A DNA stretch of 64,000 nt, taken from NCBI GenBank assembly GCA_965214705.1, contig CBDCCI010000002.1, positions 2,784,001 to 2,848,000 of the forward strand, given 5' to 3'. This DNA comes from Alphaproteobacteria bacterium (GTDB taxonomy: Bacteria > Pseudomonadota > Alphaproteobacteria > UBA828). Positions within the stretch are counted from its first letter, which is position 1; each line of letters opens with the position of its first letter. A program made the translations under genes and the position numbers. This document shows, in pieces, positions 63,571 to 64,000 of the stretch. The notes below the pieces were generated by a model. It was not told the DNA's origin. It saw only the letters and a program-made list of their open reading frames with translations, and made no database searches.

Positions 63571-64000
63571 CTGTGCACGGCCGGGACGCGGTGGTCGGCG
63601 CCAACCGCGTCTGCCAGCGTGGCGAAACCGTCGGCCGCGAGCAGCCGCGCGAGCCCTTGCGTGATCTCGCCGACCAGACGCGGGCCCCGATAGACCAGCG
63701 CGGTGTAGAGCTGGATCAGGCTCGCGCCCGCGCGGATGCGGGCGTAGGCGGCCTCCGCCGAATCGATCCCGCCCACCCCGATCAAGGGCAGGCGGCCACC
63801 GCTCAAGGCGTAGGCCAGGCGCAGCACTTCGAGAGCGCGGGGGGCCAGCGGCGGGCCGCTGAGGCCGCCCTCCTCCGACCGCTGGCGCGAGACCAGGCCG
63901 GGCGGGCGCGCGGTCGTCGTGTTGGCGAGGATGAGGCCGGCGATGGGCGCGTCCTCGATGGCCTCGAGCAGCGATGCCAAAGTTTCGTCGTCCATCTCCG
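63432..64000 (-). CDS. pyrD: Quinone-dependent dihydroorotate dehydrogenase (C-terminal part; starts beyond window)
   Basis: NTT, GGLSG, IGVGGI and GASLIQLYTALVY.GP. Confidence 0.92.
   Translation of the reverse strand, partial: EMDDETLASLLEAIEDAPIAGLILANTTTARPPGLVSRQRSEEGGLSGPPLAPRALEVLRLAYALSGGRLPLIGVGGIDSAEAAYARIRAGASLIQLYTALVYRGPRLVGEITQGLARLLAADGFATLADAVGADHRVPAVHSHDTAAISSAMARAAASGSGACVIGRPTTSAVAPARAASAGVATRA

Overview
GC-rich alphaproteobacterial chromosome segment. Housekeeping blocks: slt-dapA-smpB-UDG-NYN-folK, ctpA-rppH, F1 ATP synthase atpHAGDC, pcm-rhodanese-tolC, priA-fsa-xerC and pyrE/pyrF/pyrD. Accessory metabolism: nirK with nsrR, a HisD-family/SDR pair, hydantoinase A/B with a racemase and an MFS transporter, and an alpha-hydroxy-acid oxidase. 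Three accessory elements stand out. (1) A tyrosine recombinase + Y2/HUH (IS91-like) transposase element at 3510-6171, whose two ends would join into a perfect 33-bp-stem palindrome on circularisation. (2) A 14.7-kb co-directional phage head+tail operon at 20346-35072 with a Mu-like head, a lambda-like non-contractile tail and a very short 269-aa tape measure. It has no recognisable portal, terminase, integrase, repressor or lysis gene, so it is either a domesticated GTA-like particle locus or a decaying prophage. (3) An IS66 element with IRs and an 8-bp TSD at 35842-38350 that carries a Dam-like methyltransferase instead of tnpA/tnpB. Smaller oddities include palindromes inserted in-frame in the tail-tip gene, two in-frame amber stops, an oxidase-DUF1674 fusion, a degenerate ABC ATPase and an oversized VapC partner. 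All product calls come from reading motifs by eye; no searches were run.
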